A DNA stretch of 34,318 bases from Actinomycetota bacterium (GCA_046734715.1 JBKPRV010000192.1:1-34318), one strand, 5' to 3'; positions 15,619 to 24,530 are shown, numbered from the stretch's first letter. The notes: generated by a model from the sequence alone, not told the origin. A program made the numbers and translations.

Positions 15619-17907
15619 GTGGAACGTGGCGAGTTCAGGGGCAGGATCGGTCGCTATCACTGGGAGTCGGAGCCGTACTGGCCGCCGGAGCGGTCGGCGC
15701 CGCCCGGCGCCCCCAACGTGCTGATCGTGCTGCTCGACGACGTCGGGTTCGCGCAGTTGGGGTGCTTCGGCTCCGACATCGCCACGCCCACGTTCGACGG
15801 TCTGGCCGCGTCGGGGTTGCGCTATGCCAACTTCCACACGACCGGCCTGTGCAGCCCCACTCGGGCCTGCGTGCTGACGGGCCGCAACCACCACACCTGC
15901 GGCATGGGCCGCATCGTGGAGCTGGCGTCGGGCTTCCCCGGCTACGACGGCCGGATCCCGCGCTCGTGCGGCCTGCTGCCGGCCATGCTGACCCCGCTCG
16001 GCTACTCGGGCTACGCGGTGGGGAAGTGGCACCTCACCCCGGACGAGGAGGAGCATCTCGGCGCCCGCCGGGACCGCTGGCCGCTGGGCCGGGGCTTCGA
16101 GCGGTTCTACGGCTTCTTCGGCGGCGAGACCCACCAGTACGTGCCCTCTCTGGTCTACGACAACCACGTCGTCGAACCCCCGGGCAGCTACGAGGACGGC
16201 TACCACCTGACCGAGGATCTGGCGTCCCGGGCCATCGAGTTCCTCGACGACCTGCGCCACGTCGACGTCGACAAGCCGTGGCTCCTGTACTTCGCCCCCG
16301 GGGCCTGCCACTCGCCCCACCAGGCGCCGGCGGACTGGATCGCCCGCTACCGGGGCCGCTTCGACCGTGGGTGGGACCGTTGGAGGGACGACACCATCCG
16401 GCGCCAGGTCGACAGCGGCCTCCTGCCGGCGCACACCGAGCTGTCGCCGCGGCCGGAGTGGGTGCCGGCCTGGGCGTCGCTGCCCGAAGCGGACCGGCGG
16501 GTCTACGCCCGCTATATGGAGGCCTTCGCCGGCTACCTGTCCCACACCGACGCCCAGGTCGCCCGGCTGATCCATTGGCTCGAGGAGCGGGGCGAGCTCG
16601 ACCGGACGCTGGTGCTGGTCCTGTCCGACAACGGGGCGTCGTCGGAGGGCGGTCCGCGCGGCTCGCTCAACGATGGCCGGGCGTGGAACGGGCTGACGAC
16701 CACGGTCGAGGAGGCCGACGCCCGTCTCGACGACATCGGCGGCCCCCGCATCCACAACAACTACCCCTGGGGCTGGACCGTGGCCGGCAACACCCCGTTC
16801 CGGCGCTGGAAGCGCGAGACGCACGAGGGCGGGGTCGCCGATCCGCTCGTGGTCTCCTGGCCGGGAGGCATCGCCGCGCGCGGCGAGGTGCGGCGCCAGT
16901 ACGTCCACGCCGTAGACCTGGTCCCCACCATCCTGGAGGTGATCGGCGCCGACGCGCCGTCGACCCTCGGCGGCATCGAGCAGCGGCCGCTGGAGGGCGT
17001 CAGCTTCGCCTACAGCTTCGACGAGCCGGAGGCCGCCGAGCGGCACACCACGCAGTACTACGAGATGTTCGGCTGCCGGGCGATCTACCACGAGGGCTGG
17101 AAGGCCGTCGTGTACCACCCCATCCAGGCCGACGAGCCCGGCCTGGACGCCGTCGAGTGGGAGCTGTACGACCTCGGCGCCGATCCGTCGGAATGCCACG
17201 ACCTGGCCGCCGCCCAGCCCGAGCGCCTGCGAGCACTGGTCGAGCGCTGGTGGGTTGAGGCCGGCCGGTACCAGGTGCTGCCGCTCGACAACCGGCCCTT
17301 CTCCGACCTCGTGCTCGACCGGCCGTCGCCGGTCGAGCCTCGCCCGCGCTACGTCTACCGACCCGATCGGGTGCCGGTGCCCGAGAGCGTGGCCGTCAAC
17401 GTCAAGAACCGCCGGCACGCCATCACGGCCCACGTCGAGGTCGAGGGGCCGGGCCCGGCCGAGGGCGCGCTGGCCGTCCAGGGCTCCGTGCTCGGCGGTT
17501 GGTCGTTCCACCTCCTCGGCGACGGCCGGCTGTGCTACGTCCACAACCTGTCCGGGTGGCGCGAGTACCGCATCGAGGGCCCCGTCGGCGACCGGCTCGG
17601 GCCCGGGCCCCACACGCTTAGGTTCGAGTTCACGCCTGCGGCGGACGGCGCGCCGCACCGCGGGGTGCTGCTGGTCGACGGCGACCGGGTCGGCGCCGGC
17701 GACATCGCGCGGGCGACGTGGAGCCGGTTCTCCATCACCGGCGCCGGGCTCACCGTGGGCTGGGCCCGGGACTTCTCGCCCGCGGCGGGCGACTACCGGG
17801 GCCCGTTCCGCTTCACCGGCCGGCTCGACCGGGTGGTGATCGACGTCGACGGCGAGCCCTTCCTCGATCCCGAGGCCGAGGTGGCCGACCTGATGGCCTC
17901 CCAGTGA
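15619..17907 (+). CDS. Arylsulfatase (Cys-type, formylglycine-dependent), cytoplasmic
   Basis: PNVLIVLLDDVGFAQLGCFGS...FHTTGLCSPTRACVLTGRNHH contains the C-x-P-x-R formylglycine motif and the sulfatase signature. At 762 aa it resembles mycobacterial AtsA/AtsD-size enzymes. There is no N-terminal hydrophobic signal. GTG start. Confidence 0.9.
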   Translation: MERGEFRGRIGRYHWESEPYWPPERSAPPGAPNVLIVLLDDVGFAQLGCFGSDIATPTFDGLAASGLRYANFHTTGLCSPTRACVLTGRNHHTCGMGRIVELASGFPGYDGRIPRSCGLLPAMLTPLGYSGYAVGKWHLTPDEEEHLGARRDRWPLGRGFERFYGFFGGETHQYVPSLVYDNHVVEPPGSYEDGYHLTEDLASRAIEFLDDLRHVDVDKPWLLYFAPGACHSPHQAPADWIARYRGRFDRGWDRWRDDTIRRQVDSGLLPAHTELSPRPEWVPAWASLPEADRRVYARYMEAFAGYLSHTDAQVARLIHWLEERGELDRTLVLVLSDNGASSEGGPRGSLNDGRAWNGLTTTVEEADARLDDIGGPRIHNNYPWGWTVAGNTPFRRWKRETHEGGVADPLVVSWPGGIAARGEVRRQYVHAVDLVPTILEVIGADAPSTLGGIEQRPLEGVSFAYSFDEPEAAERHTTQYYEMFGCRAIYHEGWKAVVYHPIQADEPGLDAVEWELYDLGADPSECHDLAAAQPERLRALVERWWVEAGRYQVLPLDNRPFSDLVLDRPSPVEPRPRYVYRPDRVPVPESVAVNVKNRRHAITAHVEVEGPGPAEGALAVQGSVLGGWSFHLLGDGRLCYVHNLSGWREYRIEGPVGDRLGPGPHTLRFEFTPAADGAPHRGVLLVDGDRVGAGDIARATWSRFSITGAGLTVGWARDFSPAAGDYRGPFRFTGRLDRVVIDVDGEPFLDPEAEVADLMASQ

Positions 17908-17936
17908 TCGCGGCGCCCGCGGCGTAGCTTGGGGGG

Positions 17937-18632
17937 ATGCCGGAGCCAGCCGTCGCCCGCCGGCCGCGGGGCCGCCCGTCGAGGGAGAACGGTCCGGTCG
18001 CGCCCAACGACGACCTCCTGCCGCTGGCGCTCGAGGCGTTCGCCGACCTGGGGTTCGAGGGCGCCTCGATGCGGGACCTGTGCCGCCGGCTCGGGGTGAG
18101 CCACAACCTCCTGCACCAGCGGTTCGGGTCGAAGGACCGGCTGTGGTACGCCGCGGTCGACCACGGGTTCCAGGCGCTGGCCGCCGACCTCGTGGTCGAG
18201 TCGGAGGCGGACGAGTACGAGGACGACCTCGAGCGCCTGCGGTTCCTCATGATCCGCTGGCTCGAGGTCATGGCCGGCGCCCCGGCACTGGCCCGGATCA
18301 TCAACCAGGAGTCCAGCACCGGCGGCCCTCGCCTCGACTACATGTTCGAGCGCTACATCTGGCCGGTGACCCGGACGGTGAGCCGGTTCCTCGCGGGGCT
18401 GGAGCGCCAGGGGCGGGTGCGGCACCTCGAGCCCGGCACGTGGCACTTCCTCATGGTCCACGGTGCCGGGGGCCCGCTGAGCATGCGGGCCCTGGCCGAG
18501 AAGTTCGGCGGCGCACCGACGACAGACGCCGAGGTTCGCCGGTACGCCGCCGAGGTCGTGGACGTCCTCCTGGCCGGCCTGCGCACCCACCAGGAGCGGG
18601 AGGCTCAGGAGGAGCGGTCGGCCAGCTTGTGA
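17937..18632 (+). CDS. TetR/AcrR-family transcriptional regulator
   Basis: LLPLALEAFADLGFEGASMRDLCRRLGVSHNLLHQRFGSKDRLW is a TetR HTH. GGGGGG RBS. It lies 29 nt downstream of the sulfatase. Confidence 0.85.
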   Translation: MPEPAVARRPRGRPSRENGPVAPNDDLLPLALEAFADLGFEGASMRDLCRRLGVSHNLLHQRFGSKDRLWYAAVDHGFQALAADLVVESEADEYEDDLERLRFLMIRWLEVMAGAPALARIINQESSTGGPRLDYMFERYIWPVTRTVSRFLAGLERQGRVRHLEPGTWHFLMVHGAGGPLSMRALAEKFGGAPTTDAEVRRYAAEVVDVLLAGLRTHQEREAQEERSASL

Positions 18633-20400
18633 GGTAGGCCGAGCGCGTAGCGCAAGCTGTCCTCGGCTCGGGCCAGGGCGAAGATCGGGGGTTCCTCGAA
18701 CCGCCAGAGCCGGGCTCGGGTGCCCTGCCAGCCCGTGACGTCGAGGATCCCGTTGGTCGCCCGGCGGGCGGCCTCGTTGGCGCCCTCCATCGTCGCCAGG
18801 TCGGTGGTGGTCTTCACGTAGTCGGACGCGAGGAACAGGTTCGGCACCTAGGTGACGGCGGGCGGCCGCTTGGCCCACGAGTCGACCGTGTTGACCAGCA
18901 GCTGCTCGGCGTTGTCGACCGGCGTCCCGTGGGGACCGAAGCTGATCGCGGGGTCGAGGAAGCGGTGCACGACGTCGCTGTCGCGCAGGATGATGCCGTC
19001 CTCGTTGAGCGAGATCTTCATCTGCTCCCAGATCTCGTTGAAGATCTCGTCCTTGGTGCACAAGCGGGCGGTCTTGCCGTAGAGGATCCCCGGAGCGTTC
19101 CAGTTGGAGACGTCGACCGACACGATGTCGCGCACCCGGCCGTCGCCGTAGGTCGACAAATCCCGGTTCCAGAACTGGCCCTGGGAGATCGAGGTGAGGG
19201 CCCAGGGGGAGTCGACGTAGGTGACGTGGCCGCGAGCGATCGGCAGGGACCGGGACAGGAAGAACTGGACGCCGGTCATCCAGTCCGGCATCAGGTCGTC
19301 CAGCGCGGCGAGCGCCGGGTCCAGCGCGCGGATCTGCGGGCTGAGCACCTGCCGGGCGGCCTCGACCGGGATGGCCAGCACGAAGACGTCGGCGGTGACG
19401 GTGCGCGCCTGCCCGCCGGTGCGAACCCGGGCGCCCGCGATGGCGCCGTCTTGAAGGTCGAGGCCCTCCACCGTGGTGTCGGGAACCAGCGGACGCCACG
19501 GTTGCGCAGATAAGTGAGCCAGGGATCGATCCAGGCCTCGGTGGTCGGGCCGTTCAGCAGCCGGCTCGCCTCGTCGTACATGCTGAAGATGATGTTGGAC
19601 ACCAGGATGCGTGTGGCCTGGAGCCCGATCGTGCGGGTGCTGGCCAGCTCGGCCTCGGCGGCGACCAGGTTCCGGGTGAGCGACCGGGTGAGCAGGTTCT
19701 GGTAGATCGGGCCGAATCGCTCGGCGCGCACGAAGTCGAACCAGCTGATCTTGTCGTACTGGTTGTCCCGGCGGGCGTCGCTGGAGGTCACGAACTCGGT
19801 GAGCCGGGTGGCGAAGTAGGCGATCTCGTTCAGCCCCAGCCCGGGGATCACCCCGATCAGGCCGATCAGCGCCTGCGTGAGGTCGGTGAACGGGTTGACG
19901 GAGTTGAGCTTGCGGTACGGGAACGGGATGTCGAGCGCATCCCGGCGCGAGAAGCGGGCCTGCTCGCCGAACACCAGGTTGTCCTTCACCCCGTTGCGGT
20001 TCGACCCGCACGGGATCCGGGACATGGTGTCGATCACGTGCCGGTAGTAGCCGGGGAAGAACCGGAAGCCGTGCTCCCCGGGCAGGTCGGCGCGTGACCC
20101 CGAGCCCGTCCCGGGCGACGGGATCGAGCGGCACTTCCCCCCGGCCACCGGGTAGCGCTCGTAGACGTCGACGGTGAAGCCGCGCTCGATGAGCTCGTGG
20201 GCCGCGCTCAGCCCCCCGCAGCCGCCGCCGAGGATGGCGACGTGGCGCTTCCCCTGGTAGTCGGCGGCGAACGCCGAGCGTGACGCCCCGGCCTTGGGCG
20301 TGACGCCGATGATCCCCCCGGCCGGCGTGGTGAACACCGCGGCGGTGGCTCCCACCGCGGCCGCCTGCGCGAGGAACTTGCGACGATCCATGTCCGGCAT
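18605..20400 (-). pseudogene. Tat-signal FAD-dependent oxidoreductase (amine-oxidase/phytoene-desaturase superfamily), disrupted by a 1-nt frameshift and an in-frame TAG
   Basis: Three collinear ORF pieces read as one protein:
- 20400->~19489: MPDMDRRKFLAQAAAVGATAAVF (twin-arginine signal), then HVAILGGGCGGLSAAHEL (FAD fold) through ...WLTYLRNRGVR.
- ~19490->18851: LVPDTTVEGLDLQDG...WAKRPPAVT, then TAG at 18850-18848.
- 18847->18605: VPNLFLASDYVKTTTDLATMEGANEAARRATNGIL, the conserved C-terminal FAD motif.
The span is 1796 nt, which is 3n-1. Confidence 0.7.
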
Positions 20401-20423
20401 GCCATCCCCCTCTGTCGTATCGA

Positions 20424-20478
20424 GGTCAACGTAAAGAGGATTTTGACAGACGTCAATATTAAAATTGGCATACGTCAA
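20424..20478. promoter_or_regulatory. AT-rich divergent promoter/operator island with three TTGAC(G) repeats
   Basis: The minus strand reads gTTGACGTATGccaattttaataTTGACGTCTGtcaaaatcctctttacgTTGACCtcg. A candidate promoter is -35 TTGACG (20456-20451), a 17-nt spacer and -10 TACGTT (20433-20428), upstream of the oxidase ATG at 20400. An inverted repeat TTGAC-N4-GTCAA lies at 20443-20456. Confidence 0.4.
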
Positions 20479-20561
20479 CTAGAGCCGATCGGGCTTCCGG
20501 CGCCCCCACGTGATGAAATGGGGGCACTTACAGGGTGTAACGGGGAACCGGGGATCAGAGC

Positions 20562-21398
20562 GTGACCGACGAGGCAGCAGGTAGCACCGAAGGCGATCCG
20601 TTCTCCATCGAGCCCGACGTGCCGCGCCTGGCCCGGATCCGCAACGCCATCAGTGGGGGCGACGCCAACTTCACGGTCGACCGCACCGTGGTGAAGTCGC
20701 TGGCCGATGCCGCGCCGAGTGGCATCGCGGGATTGCAGGGCGTGATCGAGGCCCTGACCCGCTTCAAGCTGCGGGCGGTGCGCGCGGTGGCCGGCGAGTC
20801 CGATGTCCGCCAGTTCCTGCACGTCGGCACGGCCACGTCGTCGACGGACATGGTGCACGAGCATGTGCTGCCACTCGTGCCCGACGCCCGGATCGTCTAC
20901 GCGAGCTACGACACCACCACGCTCGCGCACGTCCACGACCTGTGGCGGGACGCGCCCGAGGGGGCCGTGGCCCACGTGCACAGCCGGTTCCAGGAGCCAC
21001 AGAGGATCCTCAATGGGGCGGCCGAGACGCTCGACCTCGGCCAGCCGATCGCGGTCTTGCTGCCGACTTCGCTCAACGTCCTCACCAACGAGGACGCCCA
21101 AGCCCTGGTGGACGCCCTGCGCGACGCTCTCGTCCCCGGGAGCTACTTCGTCATGGCCCAGACGAGCCTCGACATCTACGCCGAGGGCGCCGCCGACGTG
21201 GTCGAGCTGCTCAACGCGGCGCTGGACGAGCCCTACATCGCGCGCCGCGAGAGCGAGATCGCCCACCACCTCGAAGGCTTCGACCTGCTCGATCCCGGCC
21301 TGGTGCCGATCGAGCACTGGCGGAGCGACGGCGACCCGCCCTTCCTCCCCGAGGGCCAGCTCATCCCGCTCTTCGCCGCGGTCGGCCGCAAGCCCTAG
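20562..21398 (+). CDS. SAM-dependent methyltransferase of the actinobacterial DUF574 (Methyltransf_19) type
   Basis: PRLARIRNAISGGDANFTVDR...RFKLRAVRAVAGESDVRQFLHVGTA...DARIVYASYDTTTLAHVHDLW and the C-terminal AAVGRKP match my recollection of DUF574 proteins (ID..pnsARvYDylLGGkdNf..DR, ...iRQFLDiGtG..., ...vvYVDnDP.v..H). GTG start. Confidence 0.75.
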   Translation: MTDEAAGSTEGDPFSIEPDVPRLARIRNAISGGDANFTVDRTVVKSLADAAPSGIAGLQGVIEALTRFKLRAVRAVAGESDVRQFLHVGTATSSTDMVHEHVLPLVPDARIVYASYDTTTLAHVHDLWRDAPEGAVAHVHSRFQEPQRILNGAAETLDLGQPIAVLLPTSLNVLTNEDAQALVDALRDALVPGSYFVMAQTSLDIYAEGAADVVELLNAALDEPYIARRESEIAHHLEGFDLLDPGLVPIEHWRSDGDPPFLPEGQLIPLFAAVGRKP

Positions 21399-21462
21399 CG
21401 CCAGCGGCATCCGTCCCGCCGCTCGACCAGTCCGGTGGGTGTGGAGAGGGGAACGATCGAGG

Positions 21463-21523
21463 CCGCCATCGCCGGTGATCCGGCCGCACTCACCGCCATC
21501 GCCGGTGATCCGGCCGCACTCAC
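21463..21523 (+). repeat. Perfect 30-bp direct tandem duplication (2.03 copies)
   Basis: CCGCCATCGCCGGTGATCCGGCCGCACTCA at 21463-21492 is repeated exactly at 21493-22, and the identity extends one more base to 21523. Confidence 0.95.
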
Positions 21524-21671
21524 GGCCGTCGTCGAGGCGTGCGGACCGGTGTGGCCGACCTCGTCGTCTGACCGATTCAGCAGCACAGGCTGCCATCCCC
21601 AACCACCGTGACCGCGATGAGGCGCTGGCCGCCGACCTGCGCCGGCTCGGTGCCCTGGCCGGGGCCGGTGC

Positions 21672-22742
21672 TCAGGCGGTGGCGGCCAGCTCGTAGCGGG
21701 TGCCGACGCTGTTCTGGATGAAGGCGTCGGGCAGCCGGGTGGCGATGGCGCGCGACGCGTCCCAGCCGGTGCAGTGCGCCGGGACGATCACCTTCGGGCC
21801 CAGGTCGGCGAGGGCGTCGACCGTGGGCCCGATGATCCCGGCGTACAGCGGGCCGTTGAGGTGGAAGCCGCCCACCACCGCGTGGACGGCGTCGACGCCG
21901 GTGAGGCGGCGGGCGTAGCGGGCGATGTTGACGATGCCGGCGTGACCGCACCCGGTGAGCACCAGCAGCCCGGCCCCGCGCAGGTGCACGATCAGGGCCT
22001 GATCGTCGAGGATCAGTGGGTCGGGCTCCCAGCCGTGATCGTGGTGCACTTCGTGGAACGGCATGCCGGCCTCGAAGTCCGTGGTGCGAGCCACCTCGCC
22101 GGTGATCAGCACCGAGCCGTCGAACAGCAGCGACGGCTCCTCGTGCTCGATGACCTCGAGCCCGGCGCCCGCCAGTGCCCGCTTGCTCAGCGTGGGCAGC
22201 TCGACCGGCTCGACCCCGGGGAGGTTGATGCGCCGCCGGGCCCACAGCCCGGGGTGGACGACGATCGGAAGGTTGCGCCGGCCCACCGTCCGCACCAGCC
22301 CGTCGAGGCCGGTGGTGTGGTCGAAGTGCCCGTGGCTGAGCACGACGACCTCGACGTCGCCCGCGTCGATGCCGAGGCGGCGCATGTTGCCGACCATGCC
22401 GTCCGGGGTCATGCCCGTATCGAACAGGATGTGGCTGCGGCGGTCGCCCCGCTCGACGGTCACGAGCATGGAGAAGCCGTGCTCGGCCTGCAGGCCGTCC
22501 ACCGTCTTGCCCTCTTCGAACAGGGGCTCGGGCAGCTGGGGCATGCTCGCCATGGCCAGGAGGCCGCGGCGCTTGGCCGGCCCCTGATCCAGCAGCAGCG
22601 CGTCGCTGAGGTTGTCGACCAGGCTGGTGAGCACCACGCGGTCGACCGGCTCCAGGGCGATCGGCTCCACCTCGCCCTCGCCCAGCGGGCGGGGTGCCAC
22701 CCGGGCCACGGCGTCCGCGCTCGCTCGCGGTTCGTCGCACAT
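21672..22742 (-). CDS. MBL-fold metallo-hydrolase
   Basis: VVVLSHGHFDHTTGLDGL carries the HxHxDH zinc motif. LVLTGCGHAG supplies a downstream His. About 356 aa, COG1237-like architecture. Confidence 0.85.
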   Translation of the reverse strand: MCDEPRASADAVARVAPRPLGEGEVEPIALEPVDRVVLTSLVDNLSDALLLDQGPAKRRGLLAMASMPQLPEPLFEEGKTVDGLQAEHGFSMLVTVERGDRRSHILFDTGMTPDGMVGNMRRLGIDAGDVEVVVLSHGHFDHTTGLDGLVRTVGRRNLPIVVHPGLWARRRINLPGVEPVELPTLSKRALAGAGLEVIEHEEPSLLFDGSVLITGEVARTTDFEAGMPFHEVHHDHGWEPDPLILDDQALIVHLRGAGLLVLTGCGHAGIVNIARYARRLTGVDAVHAVVGGFHLNGPLYAGIIGPTVDALADLGPKVIVPAHCTGWDASRAIATRLPDAFIQNSVGTRYELAATA

Positions 22743-22749
22743 GGCGCGG

Positions 22750-23250
22750 CTAGCCGGCGGGCTGGGCGGCGGCCTCGGTGACCCGCCGCACGCGCAGGCA
22801 CGCCTCGACCCGGAACAGGTGCAGGGGGCGGAGGGTGTCGGGTGGGAGATCGGGCTCGGCCTCGCTGAGGGGGACGACCTCGGGGTGGTCGACCGCGTAG
22901 GTCGTGCCCTGATCGACGATGGTGGCAGACCCGCTGGCGAGAACGTTCTTGAGCCAGTCCGTGTTCGGTCCGTACGGCAGGGCGATCAAGAAGCCGTCCG
23001 AGGTGGTCAGGGCGGACACCGGGGTCTCGTAGTCCCGGCCCGAGGTCCGGCCGACGTGGCGGATCACCGACGTCGACGTGCCGGCCTGGCCCGCCGTCTT
23101 GAGGACCATGGGCTTGGTGGCCCGGCTGATGCGGCGGACCGTGTTCAGCACGGGCGGGGACTTGGCCCGCATCCCCGCGACGAAGACGACTCCGATCGCC
23201 GTGAGCGCGAACAGCACGGTGCCGATGAGCTTGGCGAGTGCCCGGATCAT
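22750..23250 (-). CDS. Deazaflavin (F420H2)-dependent nitroreductase family protein (Ddn/DUF385-like) with an N-terminal membrane anchor
   Basis: VIRHVGRTSGRDYETPVSALTTSDGFLIALPYGPNTDWLKNVLASGSATI matches the Ddn-family core (H.GRkSGr.y.tPl....dG..vv.aS.gG...dW..N). The N-terminal helix is MIRALAKLIGTVLFALTAIGVVFVAG. The ATG at 23250 is preceded by GAGGAGG. Confidence 0.8.
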   Translation of the reverse strand: MIRALAKLIGTVLFALTAIGVVFVAGMRAKSPPVLNTVRRISRATKPMVLKTAGQAGTSTSVIRHVGRTSGRDYETPVSALTTSDGFLIALPYGPNTDWLKNVLASGSATIVDQGTTYAVDHPEVVPLSEAEPDLPPDTLRPLHLFRVEACLRVRRVTEAAAQPAG

Positions 23251-23321
23251 GGTGGCCTCCTCGACCGTGGTGACCCCAGGTTCACGCGCCGTCCGTGCGC
23301 CGTCCAGAGCCAATCGTCACG

Positions 23322-24521
23322 TCAGGGAATGGCACCGAGCTCCTTGAGCTCGATGATGCGGTCCCAGTCGTGGCCCAGCTCGAGCAGAACCTCCTCGGTG
23401 TGCTGGGCGAACTCGGGCGGCATCGACCGCGGCGCCCAGGGCGTGCCGCCGAAGTCGACGGGCGAGGCCACCATCTCGACCGGGTCGCCGCCCTCGACCG
23501 GCACGGCGACGAAACCGCCCGCGGCCCGGGCCTGTGGGTCGTCGACCGTCTCGTGGGCGTGCTGGACGGGCGCCCACCACACGTCCTCCCGGTCGAGGAT
23601 CGGCGCCCATTCGGCCAGCGGGCGGGTGGCGAAGATGGCGTTCAGCTCGGACACCAGCTCGGCCGAATGCTGGAAGCGGGACATGATGGACGAGAACCGC
23701 TCGTCCTCGGCCCATTCGGGCCGCTCGACCGCCCGGAGCACGTCGGGCCAGTGGCGGTCGGCCTGGAGGCCGAGCATCCAGAACCGCCTGCCGTCCCCGG
23801 CCTCGTAGGCGGTGATCAGCGGGTTGGGCGGGGCCGCCACCGTCATGGGGACCGTGGGGAAGCCCATGCGCAGCGACATGCTTATGTCCCAACCGATCAT
23901 GTACATGCCGATGCGCAGCAGCGACACCGCCACGAGCTGGCCCTCGCCGGTGCGCTCCCGGGCGAACAGCGCCGCGGACACCGCCCCGGCGGCGGCGAGG
24001 CCGGCCATGTGGTCGCCCATCCCGCCCCGTTGGTAGGGGAGGGGGGTGCCGTCCGGGGTCAGCGACGCGGCCACGCCGGCCCGGGACCAGAAGGCGCCCA
24101 CGTCGTACGCGGCGCGGTCGGAATCCTCGCCCTTCAGCCCGTAGCCGGTGACGTGCGCGTAGACGAGCCGGGGGTTGCGCTCCGACACGGTGGCGAAGTC
24201 GAGGCCGGCCCGGGCGAGGGCGCCGGGGCGGGCGTTGGTGACCAGCACGTCGGCGCCGTCGACCAGCTTCCCCGCGATCTCGCGGCCCTCGGCGAGCGCG
24301 AAGTTGAGCGCCACGCTGCGCTTGTTGCGGTTGTCGAGCTCGAACGGCGGGCTCGTATCGCCCGCCCCCAGCGCGGACAGCAGGCCCCGGAACGGGTCGC
24401 CCTCCGGCGGCTCGATCTTGACCACGTCGGCTCCCCAGTCCCCGAGCACCGCCGCGGCCGCGGGCCCCGCGACCCACTGGCCCACCTCGACGACCTTCAC
24501 CCCTTCCATCGGTCCAGGCAT
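23322..24521 (-). CDS. Family III CoA-transferase (CaiB/BaiF type)
   Basis: GVKVVEVGQWVAGPAAAAVLGDWGADVVKIEPPEGDPFR is the family III CoA-transferase N-terminal signature. 399 aa. Confidence 0.9.
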   Translation of the reverse strand: MPGPMEGVKVVEVGQWVAGPAAAAVLGDWGADVVKIEPPEGDPFRGLLSALGAGDTSPPFELDNRNKRSVALNFALAEGREIAGKLVDGADVLVTNARPGALARAGLDFATVSERNPRLVYAHVTGYGLKGEDSDRAAYDVGAFWSRAGVAASLTPDGTPLPYQRGGMGDHMAGLAAAGAVSAALFARERTGEGQLVAVSLLRIGMYMIGWDISMSLRMGFPTVPMTVAAPPNPLITAYEAGDGRRFWMLGLQADRHWPDVLRAVERPEWAEDERFSSIMSRFQHSAELVSELNAIFATRPLAEWAPILDREDVWWAPVQHAHETVDDPQARAAGGFVAVPVEGGDPVEMVASPVDFGGTPWAPRSMPPEFAQHTEEVLLELGHDWDRIIELKELGAIP

Positions 24522-24530
24522 GGCCGCACC

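Noticed and set aside
18848-18850. In-frame TAG in the oxidase, plus an open frame after the TAG of the DUF574 methyltransferase at 21396-21398, as possible stop-codon recoding (pyrrolysine or suppression).
   Set aside because: TAG terminates several obviously complete genes here: SRPBCC at 3211, Ddn-like at 22750, APH remnant at 24531 and esterase at 31776. No pyl genes are visible. The oxidase also carries a frameshift, and the methyltransferase already has its family-typical C-terminus. Ordinary nonsense mutation and chance open frame are the simpler readings.
20548-20561. An identical 13-mer GGGGATCAGAGCG precedes the start codons of two unrelated genes (20548-20560 before the methyltransferase, 26176-26188 before the SBP).
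   Set aside because: A single 13-nt coincidence is expected by chance several times in a 34-kb, compositionally biased sequence. Both copies are simply purine-rich SD regions. Nothing else is conserved around them.
21463-21523. The 30-bp repeat as a CRISPR array or other spaced repeat.
   Set aside because: There are only two directly abutting copies with no spacers, no cas genes, and the repeat is not palindromic. It is a simple tandem duplication.
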